Shown: piece by piece, positions 1 to 12,270 of the stretch
Position numbering within the stretch: the first letter of the stretch is position 1
How the letters are laid out: each line of letters begins with the position of its first letter
Source: Octopus vulgaris
Taxonomy: Eukaryota
Assembly (NCBI GenBank): GCA_951406725.2
Contig: OX597828.1
Span: forward strand, 68,696,001-68,760,000
Length of the DNA: 64,000 nt
Direction of reading: 5' to 3'
The notes under the pieces: generated by a model
What the model was told of the DNA's origin: nothing
What the model saw: the letters and a program-made list of their open reading frames with translations, nothing else
The model's database searches: none
Program-made: the position numbers and the translations under genes

Positions 1-129
1 ATATGTATACATCTATAAATATGCATGTATATATATATATATATATATAAATCTATATATATATATACATGTATATATATATCTATCCATATATATACAG
101 CTATATATATACATCTATATGTATACATC

Positions 130-177
<48 letters not shown>

Positions 178-295
178 TATATACACACATGTAAATTTAT
201 ATTTAAAATAATAAGGGTGAAAAATTGAATATTAATTTGATTGATATGAATTGAAAACTAATGATGTAGCATATAAGACCATAGCGGATCTTCTT

Positions 296-621
296 CTAGC
301 AAAATGGATTTCCACTGTTAATGGTTCATCCCTGTTATATAATAGTTTCACTTTAATAGTTTCAGTATTAAGCTGAAAGCATGTGACATTACAATAGAAA
401 TGTTTTTGTTTCAGTATTAACACGTAATACTGAAATAGTGGAGAAGATATGATATTGCTGTGGGCTCGCCCTAGGCGAGAAGTTAAAATTATTTTGCCCA
501 TGACACTACATGGACCCTAAGTAAGGCATGTATAAAATTTGAATTAAATTGGTTGTGTAGTTCTCAAGTTTTAGGGATTCACACAGACAGACACACACAC
601 ATTCTCAGTTTATATATATAT
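296..621 (-). mobile_element. Non-autonomous Helitron-like element (degenerate)
   Basis: The minus strand begins TATATATATAAACTGAGAATGTGTG..TCTGTCTG, a Helitron-like 5' end with a microsatellite. It ends with a small hairpin GTGGAAATCCAT followed by GCTAG. This 3' end resembles 36485-36511. Confidence 0.5.
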
Positions 622-640
622 AAATTTAATTATTTAATCG

Positions 641-684
641 TTACAGTTGAAAAGGTCTCAAAATGACCGAAACCGGTACTGAAA
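641..684 (+). ncRNA. Minimal type I hammerhead ribozyme motif with U3-A8 variant core
   Basis: TTACAG-TTGAAAA-GGTC(tcaaaat)GACC-GAAA-C(cg)G-TA/CTGAAA. Stems I and II pair, stem III is the palindrome ACCGGT, and the predicted cleavage triplet is GUA. Confidence 0.6.
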
Positions 685-729
685 TGTTCACTATAAAATT
701 ATTTTAGCATTTTCTATTCTGACTTGTTT

Positions 730-846
<117 letters not shown>

Positions 847-847
847 A

Positions 848-1030
848 AGGGACAGTTTACGAAAAAAATCAAAAGACGAAGACAGGTGGTGTACAAAACA
901 AACAGATGTATTAGTATAGCGCTCTTTTACGTTTCGAGCCTACGCTCTTCTACAGAAAGTGACACAGAAAAAACAAGGAGAGAAACAAGGAGAGAAAAAA
1001 TTGTGTGTAGTGGCTAACGATCTATCATAA
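848..1030 (-). repeat. Family B repeat (putative Penelope pseudo-LTR derivative carrying a hammerhead-like motif), copy 1
   Basis: Shares GACGAAGACAGGTGGTGTACAAAACAAACAGATGTATTAGTATA...CTCTTCTACAGAAAG with copies at 6096, 11368, 28154 and 53673. Lies next to a (TG)n tract. Confidence 0.8.
924..959 (-). ncRNA. Minimal type I hammerhead-like motif (CUGUAGA core)
   Basis: Minus strand reads CTTT-CTGTAGA-A-GAGC(gtag)GCTC-GAAA-CG-TA/AAAG. Stems I and II are perfect and stem III is the palindrome ACGT. Confidence 0.5.
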
Positions 1031-1561
1031 GCACTCTCACACATTTACCACTTATACATCATGTTTTGAACACGTCTATAATAATATTATACCTTTCATT
1101 AGACTCTATAACACGTTACCTGATTTATGACAAACATAAAACGATAGACACATTAAGAGAAACGGTCACACATACACACACACACACACAAACAGAAACA
1201 CACATACACGCACACATTCGCGCGCACGCAACCATCATCATCATCACCAACTCTAAAACTCTAATTCTAATCTAAATAGGTAAATATCGATAATACACAC
1301 ACACACACACATATATATGCATATATACACACCCCACCTCTCACATATACGTTTATTTCTCTACTAGTAAGAAAAACAGCAATAATATGAATCAATATTT
1401 ACACGGTTCAGGTAAGTACCAGTCTGTTTTTGAAAGTTTGAACACAATATTTTCATTTATTCCGCGTGCATCATTGGAAGGAGTCGAGTGCTTGCATAAG
1501 GCGCAATGTAACAGAGTTGCTCAATTGCGTTCCTGCACGCTGAATCTGAATCGAGCCGAGG

Positions 1562-1768
1562 TCACCTGTACTGTTTATTTTCTTCGGGTTCGGTAAATAA
1601 AGGATCAATCTCGTTGTGTGGCCGATTTTTTCTTTCTCACTATCCTCCCCGCGCTCTCTCTCTCTCTTTTTTCTTTCGCTGTAAACTGTATATATAATCC
1701 AGAAGTCCAACCTTATCACGCTAATTCAGACAGACTTTCGCTAAGGGTACATGTGTCAGAATAATCAG
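1562..1768. repeat. ~200-bp direct repeat, copy 1
   Basis: Near-identical to 4243-4437 (TCACCTGTACTGTTTATTTTCTTCGGGTTCGG...GTCAGAATAATCAG). Confidence 0.9.
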
Positions 1769-1861
1769 GCATTTACGCATAAATTGCGGACTGACGGTAC
1801 CCATCTTCCGGTGAAGCTTCGAAGTCACAATTGTTGAAATCAACGCACACACATACACGCG

Positions 1862-1940
<79 letters not shown>

Positions 1941-2040
1941 CATATTTTAAAAATAAAAAGTATCGTAAAAATATTTATATAGATAGTATGAGATGCGTAA
2001 TTCGATATTCTTAAACTAAAACATTCAATTTGTTATACCC

Positions 2041-2095
<55 letters not shown>

Positions 2096-2205
2096 CATAT
2101 ATATACATACATATATATGTATATATATATACACATAAACATATGTATATATACATATTTGAGCATATATATATATACATATATTTATAAATTTGAATGT
2201 GTGTG

Positions 2206-2271
<66 letters not shown>

Positions 2272-2672
2272 TACACATATACTTGTACATGTTATGAGTA
2301 TGTCTTCATTAACTACATTCAACTGCATCAATATCCATCTGAAGGTATGCAGTGTACCAACGTAACGATATCAATATCAATAATATCCCTTATGCATAAT
2401 TAATTTAAATCTAATTACTCAGCTAACACAGCTAAATACTACTAACACATCAAAACCTTACAAAGTTCAGAAGCTTTATAAAATTATATCTAAAATATGT
2501 AATTAAATTATTACGTGAGATATTTGATAGCTACTCCAGTAGCGATAAGTATTACGGTTGCTTAATAAATCAATCAATTACTTAGCCGTACTTATCCGTT
2601 TATTTAGCTTAACATGTGTGTATTGGTATGATGTTCAACAAGTAGTATAGCACTAGATCAGTTAAGAGAGTC

Positions 2673-2707
<35 letters not shown>

Positions 2708-2996
2708 ATATATATCATTTGATAATATCATTGCCAACAATGTACGTTACGACAAAATCACGCATCCAAACTCTATCCCACATTTAACCTGCATTTATTG
2801 GAATTACCTCAACTTTCCACTTCCCACTGGAATAATCTTGCCTCTCAAAGGCTTTGATTTATAGAGTCACCATAACACCTCCCGATGATATTATGAAACT
2901 TACTTGGAAAAACAGTCAGTGATATCAACGGAAGGTTTACGAAACCCATGCATTTCTTCAGCTGGAGGAACAAGGAAACTATATTTTCCTGTCCCG

Positions 2997-3228
2997 AAAG
3001 GCGGCGAGCTGGCAGAAACGTTAGCACGCCGGGCGAAATGCGTAGCCGTATTTTCGTCTGTCGTTACGTTCTGAGTTCAAATTCTGCCGAGGTCGACTTT
3101 GCCTTTCATCCTTTCGGGGTCGATAAATTAAGTACCAGTTCACTGGGGTCGATGTAATCGACTTAACCCGTTTGCCTGTCCTTGTTTGTCCCCTCTGTGT
3201 TTAGCCCCTTGTGGGTAGTAAAGAAATA
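2997..3228 (+). mobile_element. SINE family A (tRNA-headed, ~235 bp)
   Basis: A-box-like TGGCAGAAACGTTAG, B box GAGTTCAAATTC, central GCCTTTCATCCTTTCGGGGTCGATAAATTAAGTACCAG. 17-bp TSD TATATTTTCCTGTCCCG at 2980-2996 and 3229-3245. Confidence 0.92.
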
Positions 3229-4242
3229 TATATTTTCCTGTCCCGTTTCATTTGGGTACTGAAGGTCAAAGAAATCAATTCCCTCACCATCATATGAAGT
3301 ATTGCTCGCAGAAACTGTATATTCTGTAACACAGTGAATTTCCTACAAAAAAAAAAAAAAAACACGAGAGAAAGAAATGAAAAAAAATACGCTGTAGCTA
3401 TTGAAGAACTTGAAACTTTTGATAACATGGAAAGGCAAACTTAGCACTTGTTGGCTCATGCACAATTACCGGATATGCAATTGCTATTTACTGCTGTGAA
3501 ATTATTTCTTCCTACATGTTATTACGGTAATTCACCACCACTCGGTTAAATTATACCACGCAGCTACGCTTGACACGGAAACTGATACCTAACCTGACAC
3601 CACAGCGCCGTATCAGCCATTAGCGTCACTGAACTCTCAAACTTTACAGATTGCCGATTCTCTTTACCGCAGAGAACAATGTAGAAGAATCAGCTGGTGC
3701 AGGTATTTTGCTAAAGTGTGCCCATGACTTGGATTGATCAATAGAGGCTCAAAAATAACCAGTTTGAAGCCATCTTTGAATTACCTTAATTCCAACTCTG
3801 TACTTCCGTGAATGTAGACGCTTATCTGGGTGTACGAAACTTTAGAAACCTTAATGTGGAGTCGAGTCAGCTTGCTTTGGAATACACATCCAGTTTAATG
3901 TATTCGGTTTTACTTTCTTTTATTTGTCAATGTACTTCATTGAAGTACGGTCCATTTTTTGGCGGCCTCTTTTTGCCGACCTGCTGAAACAAACTGAAGT
4001 CAATTGCCGCATACAAACTGAGGTCAATTGTCAAGAGAGGCGAATACAAACATCGAGATGCGTGCGCGCACACAGACATACTACATACATACATAGATAC
4101 ATATATAATGTCTATCCTTAGAGAAATTTAAACCTCAAGCATTCCAACATCCCCCGTATGAATCGATTTTGAACACCAAATTGGCCTCAGTCACAATCTA
4201 CAGCCAACGTAACTCCTGTTAACAATTGAAATACACTCGCTT

Positions 4243-4437
4243 TCACCTGTACTGTTTATTTTCTTCGGGTTCGGTAAATAAAGGATCAATCTCGTTGTGT
4301 GGCCGATTTTTCTTTCTCACTATCCTCCCCGCGCTCTCTTTCTTTCGCTGTGAACTGTATATATAATCCAGAAGTCCAACCTTATCCCGCTAATTCGGAC
4401 AGACTTTCGCTAAGGGTACATGTGTCAGAATAATCAG
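4243..4437. repeat. ~200-bp direct repeat, copy 2
   Basis: Near-identical to 1562-1768, with a shorter internal CT tract. Confidence 0.9.
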
Positions 4438-4882
4438 AGCACATATCCTTAGGTGAACCAGGTACCAAAAGAGCACAAAATAACTGACAGAAATTTTGGT
4501 CCCAAATTTTACTTTCTATTCAAAAAAATTATTTGAATTTCAGATCAAAGAAAATTAATTTTAAATCCACTTCCCTCATCAACGAAAGTTTTGTCAAGTC
4601 AAACAAATACTTCTGACGAATTTTTTTCTCATTTGGGAACTATTAACACTTACTGGTAACTAATATGGTGTTTGGTAAAGAATGCAATAGAATGGAATCG
4701 ACGTCATTGTGGAGAAAGGAACAGTTTTTATCATGGATGATCATTTTACAGATTGTACCCCGAGGAAACTTAAAGTAACTGTAAACAACATTAGCCGAAT
4801 AAATATTAGTATTATGCTACATACGTTGCATTGGGGAGCTTTCTGATCTTTGCTCTTTCTGAGTGTACGTCCTTGGGCATTT

Positions 4883-5109
4883 GCGAGCTGGCAGAAACGT
4901 TAGCACGCCGGGCGAAATGCGTAGCCGTATTTCGTCTGCCGTTACGTTCTGAGTTCAAATTCCACCGAGGTCGACTTTACCTTTCATCCTTTCGGAGTCG
5001 ATAAATTAAGTACCAGTTACGCACTGGAATCGACATAATCGACTCAATCCGTCTGTCTGTCCTTGTTTGTCCTCTTTGTGTTTAGCCCCTTGTGGGTAGT
5101 AAAGAAATA
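4883..5109 (+). mobile_element. SINE family A
   Basis: Near full-length match to 2997-3228. Confidence 0.9.
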
Positions 5110-5668
5110 TATAAATATATGCTAATTATTTATGCACAAGTATTCGCACATACATACACACACAGACATATGTAAACTGGTACGATTTCGATGCAACTTG
5201 CATAAAGGATTAGTCAATACAATATCACAAGGTATAATATAATAACCAATCTAGCAAATATATTTGATAGAAACTCACGTTGCGTTGATGTATTCTAGTG
5301 ATTTTGCTACGAATTATTTTATGATTAAATTTTAAACCCACTTCCCTCATCAATACTGCACGGAAATGGCTCTTTTCGCGAGTGGTTGGTTTCCCCTTTA
5401 GTATTTTATGACGCACAGTTGCATTCAATTTATTACCTCAATTTCTATATGTGCATATGTATGTATACGCACATAGCACACATGCATACATACATACACA
5501 CACACACGCACACTCACACACGTACACACAAACACACAGACACACGCACACGCACATTCACAATATATGTGTGCGTACGTGAAGGTATCTGAGGGAATGT
5601 GCGAGTACGTTTTCATGAGAGTAAGGGTGTAATTATACAGTCACCGAGTTGTCTTCTTAAAATTCCAG

Positions 5669-5756
<88 letters not shown>

Positions 5757-5757
<1 letters not shown>

Positions 5758-5973
5758 CAAAATAAGCAACAAGGATATCCAAGGTAGTGTAGTACAATCG
5801 TTTCATGCTACTTGATTTTATTAAACGCTGTATGAAGCAGCATGAAACGATTGTTCTACACTACCTTGGATATCCTTGTTGCTTATTCTGAGTATAATCA
5901 TCTCATTTGATTTATATGGATAATAGCATACCAAATTCTGGTGCCTTTTACTTAAGTACCATATTCATCTGAA
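5757..5973. repeat. Family C fold-back repeat (Penelope pseudo-LTR-like) in (TA)n
   Basis: Inverted arms at about 5757-5812 and 5836-5891 plus a unique tail. A second copy lies in opposite orientation at 34633-34855. Confidence 0.75.
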
Positions 5974-5989
5974 TCTAAATTTTGCTGAA

Positions 5990-6082
<93 letters not shown>

Positions 6083-6095
6083 TAATTATTTAGGC

Positions 6096-6217
6096 ACTTT
6101 CTCTCCTTGTTTCTTTTCTGTGTATGTTCTATTTCTATTCCTGAGCGCCATACTAATACATTTGTTTGTTTGTACTCCACCTGCCTTCGTCTTTTGTTTA
6201 TTTTCGTAAACCTTCCC
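6096..6217 (+). repeat. Family B repeat, copy 2 (inverted, hammerhead segment deleted)
   Basis: Reverse complement of 848-1030 lacking the CTTTTACG...CAGAAAG block. Flanked by (TA)n on both sides. Confidence 0.7.
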
Positions 6218-6218
6218 G

Positions 6219-6253
<35 letters not shown>

Positions 6254-6649
6254 CACACACATGTGTGTGTGTGCGTGCGTGTTTGTGCGTGTCCGTGTGT
6301 GTGCATGTGTGTTTGTGTGTGTGTGTGTGAGTATGTGTGCGTGTATGTAATTACATATATAAATCTAAGAATATGTAACGTTAAATAGGAGTAGGGTGTG
6401 TCAGGGAGGGACGAGATATTCAGTAGGATCCCGCCAATTCCTTTCAGGAGCAGTTTCTCTGTCACTTGCTACCACCTACATCAGCTTCTGATTATATTAA
6501 CTGCTTACATAGTCCAGTGGATTGTCGCCTGGTCAACGGCATTGGCAAGTGTGGCTAATTCAGATAAACGGGGACTGATAGATAGATGTGAGTTCAAGCC
6601 CATTAGGAAGCCTTCCACTATTTCAGTCCAAAAACTCTTTAGTCCAACT

Positions 6650-6862
6650 AGCTGGCAGAATCGCTAGTATATCGGGCACAATTCTTAGCGGCATTTTGTC
6701 CGTTTTTACGTCCTCAGTTCAAATTCCGCCAAAGTTGACTTTGACATTCATCGTTTCGAGATCGATAAAATATATACTATTTGAGTACTGGACTCGATGT
6801 AATCGACTTACCCCTCTTTCGGAATTGATAGCTGTGTGCCAAAATTTCAAACCATTATTTAT
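6650..6862 (+). mobile_element. Old diverged SINE A relative with a different 3' tail
   Basis: AGCTGGCAGAATCG...GTTCAAATTCCGCC...TCGATGTAATCGACTT followed by GTGTGCCAAAATTTCAAACC. Confidence 0.7.
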
Positions 6863-6999
6863 GTAGCTTTATTTGCTTCCATACTTAGTATTCTCAGAAA
6901 CAACTGTTTCATAATCTAGAAGTTTCTAAATTCTTATGAGATCAACAAAACACACACACAAATTCTCATGCGCATCCAATTCGAGCATGTGTGTGTATG

Positions 7000-7057
<58 letters not shown>

Positions 7058-7933
7058 TGTGTGTGTTCCAACCAATATTTCAAGGTTTCAATAATTTATT
7101 TTCCGTGATATTTAATATATATTTGTTTTTATTAACAAATTCATTAACTGGCCATTCTAATTTATTTCTCTTAATTATGCAAATTAATCTAGGCAAATTT
7201 TTTTTCTGCTCTACTTGAATATAATAGCTGGCTAAAGAGAAAGTGAAAGTAGAACGATGCTGTTTTTAAGACAAACTGCGGCATTAACCCTCCCACCAAG
7301 ATCAACTCATTGTTTACGCCATGTTAATTCATGGAAAGTTTTCATTCCTTAAGATATCTCATCCCTCCATTATACATGAAGAATTTATAAATTGTACAAT
7401 ATTTAATATATCTTTGTTCACCTTTTCTTTCCAAATAATTACGACTGTCCACTGTGTATACTTATATACAATTATCATCTCTCTCTCTCTTTCACTTTCT
7501 CCCGCTCTAATATATATACATACACACATATACACCTATGTATGTATGTATACACACACCTATGTACATACAGGCACACACATATGTGTATACACATATA
7601 GTATGTATATATATTTAAGCATATATGCATATATGTGTGCGTGTATGTGTGTGTGTGACTATGTTGGTTAAAATTAACGCTATGTCGTTCTATCGTCAAC
7701 TGTCAGAACCACTTTAGCAAATTCTGACGTTATCACACGACACAAGCGATAACATAATGTTAATCTTAATTGTTGCCACCATATATCTAAACATATGTGT
7801 GTGTAAATAAACGTGTATATATATATATATATATATATGTGCATGTATGAAAGTGTGTGGTTATATATGTGAATGTATATATCTATATATCTGTCTCTGT
7901 CTGTCTGTCTCTCTCTCTCTCTATATATAAATG

Positions 7934-8024
<91 letters not shown>

Positions 8025-8372
8025 AATATGTATATATATATACATATATATGTATATATAAATGTATGTTTGTATATATATAAATAAATGTAAATATGTA
8101 TGTGTGTGTGTATATATATATATATATTTGTGTGTGTGTGTGTGAGTGTGTGTATATATAGATATCAACATATATATGTATATATGTATATATATATGTT
8201 TAATTTTCAAGGAAAGATTTGTAGAAATCGTTACCAGGGTAGCCAAATGTCACATAAGAACTTTTGAGATGTTAGTAATATAATAATTCAAAGAAGTGAA
8301 ATATGTTATATATATATATATATATATATGTTTGTGTCATTATAATCAAGGATAAAATCTACACACACACAC

Positions 8373-8545
8373 ACGGCGATCTTTTAGTTTCTCTAAAATC
8401 CACAACCAAATCCATTCGCAAAGCTTTGGTCGGCCCGGGGCGATAATAATGGAAGACACTCGCCCAATGTGTCATGCGTGGAAGTGAACCTAGAACCATG
8501 CTATTGGGAATGAAAGCCCTTACCACACGATCATGCAAGCGCCTG
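8373..8545 (-). mobile_element. Diverged 5' part of SINE family D
   Basis: GCTTTGGTCGGCCCG...GAAGACACTCGCCCAA...CTTACCACAC matches 47160-47320. Confidence 0.7.
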
Positions 8546-8655
8546 AAGCTGTACGCTATTAAATTCTAAAAGATAAGAATTACTTAAAGACTCCATTTTT
8601 GTATCTGTTTTTATATCTGGTTTATGTGAATTCGTGTGTAGAAACAAACTATATG

Positions 8656-8825
8656 TCTAGGGTGAAGCAGTATGCCGATATTATTAACACACGCACTGGT
8701 GTATTTCCATTCATTTGTTATTAATCAATTGGTTAATTGGATATTCAACCAATTGACTAATGATAAAAGAGTGGAATTGAACCAGTGCGTGTGTTAATGA
8801 TATTGGCATAATGATCCTCGCTAGA
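8656..8825. repeat. Imperfect ~170-bp hairpin
   Basis: TATGCCGATATTATTAACACACGCACTGGT pairs with ACCAGTGCGTGTGTTAATGATATTGGCATA. Inner arms are CAATTGGTT/AACCAATTG. Confidence 0.8.
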
Positions 8826-10443
8826 TTACTTAAATAATTCAATACAAATTATACCAAGAATCTTGTAGGGTAGAAGCCAATATTCTGGTTTATTATCCCC
8901 GCCATGATGCCGTATAATTGCAGCTTTGATCAGTTATACTTATGATCAAAGGAATTTCATCCTTTACAAGCGTACCGATTTGCCCAGATGCAGAAGGATG
9001 GAGTTTAGCTGTTATTTGTAGCATTTCGATTCGTTTATGTTATTTAGCTCTACGCCAGCTTTCATTAAGCTAGACTATGATAAAAGACATTCCAGAGTCG
9101 CAACTAATCCATCTTTTTTTTTAAAGATATAATGTATTTAGAATTATTGTGTTCAACGTCTTTGCCTTTTTAAAGATGGAAATTTAGCGGAGTCTTAGCT
9201 GCTATTTCTAGTAGATCGAATGACCAGTTACACACGATACCTCACTTCGTTGGTTTGTGTCCGTTTTCATATCATTGCGGCACCTATATCTCTTCTTTCA
9301 CAGGTGTGACATGGTACAAATAAAATGTGCAGACAAACGAAAGGTAAAATAAATTACCCGGATATGTGACAACATGGCTTCAACGAACATTTCAAGCGAA
9401 ATCAGAATTCAAACACTAGAAATACATCGTTCACATTCCTTCTTAATTGATCACTTCCTTCTTGTCGATAATGAACAATTATCCATAATTGTCTTTAATG
9501 GTGGAAAACTTAAACCTGAAATACTAAAACCGGGCTAATCGGATTAAATATTCGTTGTTATGTCTTTGCTTTATTCACGACTTTCTATGGTTTCCTTCTC
9601 TTTACCCAATCTCGACAATTTTCTGTCTTATCAGGAATCTGTTAAATTTACCATTTCCAAAAACTTCAATGGAATCTTTATTCGGGTAATAGAATATTTG
9701 GTCTTATTTGGCAGTAAATACCGGTGGGACAGTTTCTATAGAAGAAATTCGAACAGCTTTTCAATTGAAATACTGTCAACTGTATTTACAACCAGGTAAA
9801 GGAGATAACGTTGGCCGGGAGTGAATAGTTGCGTGTAGCCATCGAAAAAGTCTCGTACTCTAGAGATCTTGTACTCGACACTGAATTTTGCTTGCGGGCG
9901 GACTGGAATCTTAACTTTTAGCTGCCTCTGCTCAGTTATTTGTAAATACTTTAGAACGGATACAACTTACCACTTCACTCAGCGACAGCGTATAAGAGTT
10001 CTTTATCTTATAGTTCCAAGTTCAATACATTCTGTAGGAAAATCTGCCTACATTAGAACAGATTCCAATCCGAATAAACTTTTATCAACAAGAACGAGAG
10101 ATAAGGCAAAAGCCACATGGTAATTGTCCATGAACCATCAAATGTATCAGAAATAATGGAACAGTGTACGTTAATTGACTGATCTTTTCACAAAAGCATT
10201 TCAAATGCAAATTTCTCCACCTCCCCTTCTGCAGTTTCATATTTTACCATTCAGTCTTCTTGGACAATTTGATAAAAATTAGGTATATAAGGGTGGTCTG
10301 ATAAAATCTTTTTATACAAATAATGCTGTATATAGTCGGCCATAAAATCTCCCCTCAACAAAGTTTGTTTTTCTATCTATTTATGAGAAATGAATAACAA
10401 GAGAATCAAATGTCTTGATTTATAATAATAATAAGAGATATCT

Positions 10444-10674
10444 ATTTCTTTACTACCCACAAGGGGCTAAGCACAGAGGGGGACAAACAAGGATAGACAA
10501 ACGGATTACGTCGATTACATCGACCCTAGTGCGTAACTGGTACTTAATTTATAGACCCCGAAAGGATGAAAGGCAAAGTCGACCTCGGCGGAATTTGAAC
10601 TCAGAACGTAACAGTGGACGAAATACGGCTGCGCATTTCGCCCGCCGTGCTAACGATTCTGCCAGCTCACCGCC
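10444..10674 (-). mobile_element. SINE family A
   Basis: Full copy with an 18-bp TSD TAATAATAAGAGATATCT at 10426-10443 and 10675-10692. Confidence 0.92.
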
Positions 10675-11367
10675 TAATAATAAGAGATATCTGTTAGCTG
10701 GTTACCAACCATATAGAATTGAGGAAATTGCAAAAATAAAAGTTTATCATCCACATTACAGGGCTGGTTGTATTAGATTAAAAAAATATATTTCGAGACT
10801 TTATCTCTCTTTTTAAGAACTACAATTACTACTACCTTTTTTTAGTAATGCATTACTATATTTATATCATGTTTTACTATATTAATTACTGTACGAGGGA
10901 TGAAAGTTGTAGAGGCGTTAGAAATGTTGGTCAGTAGGTATCTCAATAGAATCGCTCGCTTCTCGATATGCATTCCATACAAAGCGCTGCACCGTAGTCA
11001 TTACAAATAGAGTAACTCTATATTTTATCTACGTAACTATAAATACCGATGATTGATAAAATTACATCTCGAAACTGCGATGTGTATGGCAGAAGCAAGG
11101 TTTCAGTTACTTTTAGCGTTTAATTAAAACCATTTTGTATTAAGTGTCACTTTAGCGATGCGTAACTTATACCAAAATGAATAAGTCAACGGGTGCAAGG
11201 GTTGACTAGTTTATACGAAAACTATAAGAGTTAATGTTTATTTTCTACACCATTAATTGCTATTTAAACCCACTGAATATTTTAATTCTAAAACATATCA
11301 ACTAAAGATGTTGCCGTTCAATCGTAATTGTGTGGAATATCTTTAAACTCAGACCTTATATTATTTT

Positions 11368-11493
11368 AGGGAGAGTTTATGAAAAAACAAACAAAAGACG
11401 AAGACAAGTGGTGTACAAAACAAACAGATGTATTAGTATAACGCCCAGGAATAGAAAAAGTATTTTACCTTTCGAGCCTACGCTCTTCTACAG
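11368..11493 (-). repeat. Family B repeat, copy 3 (truncated within the hammerhead-like motif)
   Basis: GAGAGTTTATGAAAAAACAAAC...CGAGCCTACGCTCTTCTACAG. Confidence 0.8.
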
Positions 11494-11558
11494 TATTTTA
11501 AAATGTTACGCTTTGATTTGTCTGATGTTACGTTTAGCAATAAATAAATAAATGAATA

Positions 11559-11619
<61 letters not shown>

Positions 11620-11624
11620 TTAAT

Positions 11625-11678
<54 letters not shown>

Positions 11679-11679
<1 letters not shown>

Positions 11680-12232
11680 CCCTGATGCAGTACCAGGCAG
11701 TGGCTCTCATGGCTTCTGATCTTAACTGATTGGAAGTGTTATCATGTACATTGTTTTGTCTTGGTATAAAAGATGGGCTACAGCAAATATTCTGCTCAAT
11801 ACCACAGATTTGCTTGTCAGTTGTTTGACCTTAACCAGTTGAGCATGTCCCTTAGTGGCTGACGATATGTGCATCTCTGATCACGAGCAGAAGTAGTGGG
11901 GGAGCATCATAGCCATGTGTTGAGAGGGATTCTTTGGGGTTTGGATAATTCACCTTTGGAAACATGGGTGTTTCGTTCAACGTCCTTAAACAACCCTTAT
12001 TCAGGGACCTTTTGAGCGGGATGGGTTACTCGATCTGAAGAAAATTCTAACTGGGCTCCACCTGCAAGGTCATGTGCTGTTTATCTTGATATGAGATCAC
12101 CATGTCGCGCACATATGGTTGTGATGCATGTGCCTGGTGTACCCTTATCAGACGGGTAGTCATGATGGGTATACTGGGCTTCGTATATTTTACCCCAGTG
12201 TCACTTTGATGGCATGCACTGCTCGCTCACTC
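11679..12232. mobile_element. ~555-bp non-coding element embedded in (AAT)n
   Basis: A GC-richer block with sharp borders, flanked directly by (AAT)n at 11560-11677 and 12233-12266. Confidence 0.6.

Positions 12233-12270
<38 letters not shown>

Noticed and set aside
9290-9350. Possible 40-bp exon (TTCTTTCACAG...AAAG/GTAAAA)
   Set aside because: Splice-like signals of this strength are common by chance, and the peptide is not recognisable.
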